A DNA stretch of 38,507 nt. Source: a virus. Lineage: Duplodnaviria > Caudoviricetes. The translations under genes and the position numbers were made by a program. Positions 34,372 through 38,507 of this stretch are shown one piece after another. The notes beneath the pieces are model-generated. The model had not been told where the DNA came from and did no database searches. It was given only the letters and a program-made list of their open reading frames with translations. Location of the stretch: positions 1 through 38,507 of IMG/VR virus record IMGVR_UViG_3300017780_002882, one strand, 5' to 3'. Position 1 is the stretch's first letter; every line of letters starts with the position of its first letter.

Positions 34372-34733
34372 GTTCACCAAGTCAGGATTTAAAGGATTAC
34401 TTAGCACTGCATGAGCTATCAAAAGGTTTTGTTGTGCAATTTGGGTTATATGAGCCATCGAAAACCACCGACAAGTATATGGTAATCAAGCCCGTTACAT
34501 CGCCAGCGCGTGAGCTGATTCGTGCGCCATTCCATAGCCTAACGCTGATCGGCGCTGTCAACTCATCAAGTATTGCTTTACTAGAGGCGGCAAATGGTAT
34601 AATTGAAAAGATGCGGTCAGGCGAGCATAGCTCAGGGCGCACTTTTACAATGAAGGCCAGTGAGCCCGCGCTTTTTAAGTCAGCAGATGCGCGGCCAATA
34701 ATGGAACTTTCAATCGAAATGCTTTATTCATAA
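34368..34733 (+). CDS. Tail terminator (putative)
   Basis: Position before the major tail gene; size. Confidence 0.65.
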   Translation: MSSPSQDLKDYLALHELSKGFVVQFGLYEPSKTTDKYMVIKPVTSPARELIRAPFHSLTLIGAVNSSSIALLEAANGIIEKMRSGEHSSGRTFTMKASEPALFKSADARPIMELSIEMLYS

Positions 34734-34745
34734 AAAGGAAATATC

Positions 34746-35195
34746 ATGGGTGCATTAGCAGGCCGCGACACAATGGTAGAGTTTGCAATCGCTCCGGAAA
34801 CGGCGCTTGTAGGCTCTTTAGTTTGGAAAACATTGGGCATGATGCGGTCTAAGTCATTGTCTGACAAATGGGAGACTTTCGACACCACGGCAGACGACTC
34901 TCCGGACTTCACTAAAACGAGTCAAGTTTCGTTTAAGTCGGTGTCGTTTTCTGGTGACGGTGTGACATATACCGAAGATTCATACAATCAGGACGAATTT
35001 TCGTCAGCAGTGTGCAGCATTCCGCTAATCAAAGCGAACGCGGCCAAAGTTTGGTTGCGTATCTCTAAAGCTAACAAAGTTCGCACCGGCCCATTCATTG
35101 TTACTGAGTGGTCAGAAGAAGACCCGTATGATGGCGCTTGCACTTGGTCAATCTCTGCCGAATCAAACGGCGCTGTAACAGTTACATTAATTTAA
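34746..35195 (+). CDS. Major tail (tube) protein
   Basis: LGMMRSKSL...W.T.D.TADD, SFSGDG, PYD...TWS. Confidence 0.85.
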   Translation: MGALAGRDTMVEFAIAPETALVGSLVWKTLGMMRSKSLSDKWETFDTTADDSPDFTKTSQVSFKSVSFSGDGVTYTEDSYNQDEFSSAVCSIPLIKANAAKVWLRISKANKVRTGPFIVTEWSEEDPYDGACTWSISAESNGAVTVTLI

Positions 35196-35204
35196 GGACA
35201 TATC

Positions 35205-35555
35205 ATGGCTTTAATTACACCAATCGCTTTAAGCTCGCTCGTTGACTTCGTTGACGCTCCTTCCACCATCTTAACCGCTACAGACACATTGGTTTATCTG
35301 CCGAACAAGGTGCAAATCCTGTTGCTGGAAAATACCACGGGTGGCGCTTTGTCGCTCACAATCGATGGTGACGCAAGCACTACAGTGAACGTGCCAAGTG
35401 TCGGCGCTATCAACGTAGCAGCAGGCAAAACCATTGCAGTGCCAGCAACAACAGGCACGAAGGCAATCACTCTTTCAACGATCTCTGCGTATTTGCAAGG
35501 CGTAGTCACTCTGTCCGGCGCGGTTGGCCTCAAGGTTCGCTTGATCGAGCTTTAA
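35205..35555 (+). CDS. Beta-rich tail-associated protein
   Basis: T/A/V-rich; follows the tail tube gene; followed by a terminator. Confidence 0.65.
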   Translation: MALITPIALSSLVDFVDAPSTILTATDTLVYLPNKVQILLLENTTGGALSLTIDGDASTTVNVPSVGAINVAAGKTIAVPATTGTKAITLSTISAYLQGVVTLSGAVGLKVRLIEL

Positions 35556-35574
35556 TCTCTGCATGACTCAATCG

Positions 35575-35598
35575 AAGCCCCTTAATTGGGGCTTTTTT
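35575..35598 (+). terminator. Intrinsic terminator
   Basis: AAGCCCC-CTTAATT-GGGGCTT followed by a T-run. Confidence 0.85.
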
Positions 35599-35633
35599 AT
35601 TTGATGTATAATATGAAAAACAAGGGGTAACTT

Positions 35634-36194
35634 ATGGCGCTTACTGAAATAGGGCATATCGGTGTTATTGATTCAAATGGTGACGAATACACATTCGCGC
35701 CAACATTCGCAAATATTGCAAAGATTGGCAGCCCGTCCGAGATTGTCCATGTGTTCGCAGAGCTTCACAGCCGCGTGGCGCTGCGTGTTGCTATGCTAGT
35801 TATGACGTGTTGCGGCGACAATTCGGACGGCGCTAGCAAGCTTATAGGCTGGCTTGATAGTGATTTGAAGCGCGTAGATGGCGCTATTCCCGATGACGAT
35901 CTAATTGTGTTTGCCAAAGCGCTGATGCAAGACGGAATCGCAGGACGAGCCAAGCCAAGCGAGAATAGTGCAGAAGGCCAATATAGCACCACTTTCGACG
36001 CGAGCGAATTCGTGGACGCGGCAATGGTTCACTTAAAACTAAGCGCAACTGATGCGTGGAATCTCACAATGACGCAATTTCAGCGCCAATTTGATATGAA
36101 GTACCCAGGTAAGAAAAAGGCCGATATGACCGAATCAGAATACACCAAAGCCAAGAATGACTTGAAGGCTAAAATTGCGGGGGCTGGATTATGA
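35634..36194 (+). CDS. Tail assembly chaperone (putative)
   Basis: Between tail tube and tape measure genes; IGSP.EIV, A.NLTMT.F motifs. Confidence 0.75.
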   Translation: MALTEIGHIGVIDSNGDEYTFAPTFANIAKIGSPSEIVHVFAELHSRVALRVAMLVMTCCGDNSDGASKLIGWLDSDLKRVDGAIPDDDLIVFAKALMQDGIAGRAKPSENSAEGQYSTTFDASEFVDAAMVHLKLSATDAWNLTMTQFQRQFDMKYPGKKKADMTESEYTKAKNDLKAKIAGAGL

Positions 36195-38507
36195 GCGAAT
36201 CAGTTGGTGAAATCCACTATGATTTATCGCTAAATACATCTGAGCTTGTTACTGGCTCAAAACGAGCACAAAAAGAAATATCTAGGTTGGATAGCACTCT
36301 TGAATCACTAGGCTTTACTGTAAAAGATTTGGCAGCAGAAATGGCGGCAATATTTGCCGCTGGCGCTCTTGTTGCTCAATTCAAAGCAGCTAGTGATGCA
36401 GCTCGATCGTTTGAAGTCAGTATCTCTAACATATCGGCGCTGACTGGTGCAACTGGAAAAGACTTAGCATTCATCAGCGAATCAGCAAAAGACCTAGGCT
36501 TGAAATACGGCAAGTCGGCGACTGATATTGTCGAGGCCATGAAGCTTATCGGCTCAACAAAACCAGAGCTACTGGAAAACAAAGAGGCGCTGAAAGAAGT
36601 AACTGAGCAAGTATTGGTACTAGCCAAGGCTGCAACAATGGGCGCACCAGAGGCTGCGGCTTCGCTCACTGCTGCGCTTAATCAGTTCGGTGCTGGCGCG
36701 GAATCTGCGGGCGAGTTTATCAACATCATGGCTGCTGGTGCACAACAAGGCACGGCAGAAGTTACGCAAGTTACCGAGGCACTAAAGAACGCTGGCGCAA
36801 CAGCTAACGCGGTAGGCGTGTCATTCTCGGACGCAAACGCGGCAATTCAAGGGCTTGCAAAGGGTGCAATCATTGGCTCAGAAGCTGGATCAGCACTTAA
36901 AGCAATCTTGCTAAAGCTTGAGACTGACGCAAATACAAAGTTACGCCCATCAATTAACGGACTATCTGGCGCAATTAACAATCTTGCAAAAGAAAACTAC
37001 AGCATTGCTGAGCTTACAAAGAAGTTTGGCGTTGAAAACGTAAACGCGGCATTAACCCTGATTGCTCAAAAAGATGCGGTAACGGGATTGTCCACTTCGT
37101 TGGTCGGAACTAAGTCGGCATACGATCAAGCAAAGATCAATAGCGACAACTTCCAAGGATCATTAGACAAGCTGAAAGCATCGTTTATTTTGATGCAAAT
37201 CACTATCGGCGAGAAGCTAAACCCATCTTTGCGAGTGCTTGCTGATGCGTTTACTGCTGTTTTAACTGGCAAGGTGCAGCAGGGTAGCGCACTAGAGGCA
37301 GTATTAACTGGCATCGAAGTTGCTGCGCTATCTCTTGGCGCTGTAGTGGCTTCCAGGCTGATTGTGGCGATGATTGGCTACGTATCATCCACTGTCGCTG
37401 CGGCTCGCGCTGCGCTAATGGCTACGCCTGCGGTTACTGGCTTGGGCGCTGCGCTTGGCATGAAAGCAGCAGCAGCAACACGCGCAACGCTTGCGTCAAA
37501 TCTTCTTACCATATCAATGACAGCACTACGAAACGCAATGGCGTTTTTGGGTGGGCCTCTTGGTGTTGCCATGCTTGCCGCTGTTGCGATTTATGAAGTC
37601 GATAAATCAATGAAGGAGCAAAAAGCGCGAGACTATGCCGACGCCATTGCCAAAGTAGAAAAAAGTTTTAGGTCGTTGAATGCAGCAGCAAGGGCGAATA
37701 CGCTTGCAGAAATAAACCTGCAAATGGATGAATTGATTGCCAAGCAGAAGACACTTGATGCGAAAGTAAAGGATAAGGCGGGGAAGGTTGGCGGCGTAAT
37801 GGGCACGTCAACTGGCGAGATTACAGCAACAGTAGAGGCTACGAAAAACGCAGCAGCAATCACTGAGCTAACAGATAAAAAGAAAGCAATGCTCAAGGTG
37901 AACGCTGAGCTTGAGGCGCAAGCTAAGAAGCCGGTAGCAGATAAGCCGGAGAAGCCAAAAACAGCAATATCGTCGGTGGTTGACACAAAAGGCGACAAGC
38001 AGGCAATCGAGGAGGCTAAACGAGCCGCAGAGGACTGGCAGAAGTGGAAAGAAAAACAACGCGCTGACGACATCGAAAACGATAGAAAGTATCGAGAAGA
38101 TCAAGCGGCGCTAGAAAACGAAGCTGTTGGTCGTCAGATGGACGCAGAGCAGGCGCGAGCCGATCTTAAAGCCAACGTTCGCGGGTTCGATCCACTAACT
38201 TCGCTTAAAGATGAATACGATAGCAAGATGGCTCTCGTGCTGCAGTACGAGACGGAAATGTCGCAGATCGGCGTAGACGTTGCCGCAGAATCTAGTGCTG
38301 CAAAACTTGCAATCGATCAAGAATACACGACAGCAAAAGACGCGCTAATGCTCGAATCATGAGCTAAGCAGAGCGAGGTAAATCAGTTCACGCTTGACGC
38401 TCTTGACGCATTCGCAAGCGCATCAACTGGCGCGATTAGTGGCTTGTTAACTGGCACAATGACCGCAAGCGATGCAATGAAAAGTCTAGCATCATCAATT
38501 CTTAATC
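36191..38507 (+). CDS. Tape measure protein (TP901-type core), with internal TGA at 38360-38362; runs off the window edge
   Basis: VGEIHYDL start, Ala-rich helical repeats, FLGGPLG; frame stays open with TMP-like sequence for 48 codons after the TGA. Confidence 0.9.

Noticed and set aside
35634-36194. Programmed -1 frameshift in the tail chaperone
   Set aside because: A single ORF runs right up to the TMP start with a 4-nt overlap, leaving no second frame to shift into
36376-38104. Several minus-strand ORFs antisense to the tape measure gene (and similar shadows over other genes)
   Set aside because: Shadow frames of Ala/Lys/Glu-rich coding sequence with no SD or recognisable motifs
1-38507. 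Genome-wide stop codon reassignment (TGA=Trp or TAG=Gln)
   Set aside because: Conserved genes end properly at TAG (ssb) and TGA (portal and many ATGA overlaps), TGG is used for Trp throughout, and coding density is high under the standard code

Overview
This window is about 38.5 kb of a tailed dsDNA phage (siphovirus-type) genome, probably infecting a beta- or gamma-proteobacterium (inferred from RdgC and the SSB type). Left to right it contains: a leftward recombination operon (rdgC partial, ssb, HNH, MazG-like, exonuclease, ERF-like annealase); a divergent switch with no visible cI; an antirepressor; O/P-like replication genes with iterons; ninB; a three-gene ParB / unknown / PAPS-reductase (IbrB-X-IbrA-like) cassette; rusA; a ~370-nt structured non-coding region followed by a tRNA(CAT); terminases; an antisense holin/spanin cassette; and the head genes. 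A ~9 kb accessory island follows, holding a fibre-like cluster, Rha and HNH-AP2 genes behind a structured RNA leader, a YadA/Eib-like adhesin and an Imm protein. The window ends with head-tail genes carrying an inserted lysozyme, tail genes, and a tape measure gene interrupted by an in-frame TGA. The strongest candidates for undescribed biology are the twin-T-loop RNA beside the tRNA, the pseudoknot/terminator leader plus multi-stem RNA upstream of HNH-rha, and the IbrAB-like cassette co-resident with an Eib-like adhesin. All calls come from motif recognition by eye; no searches were run.
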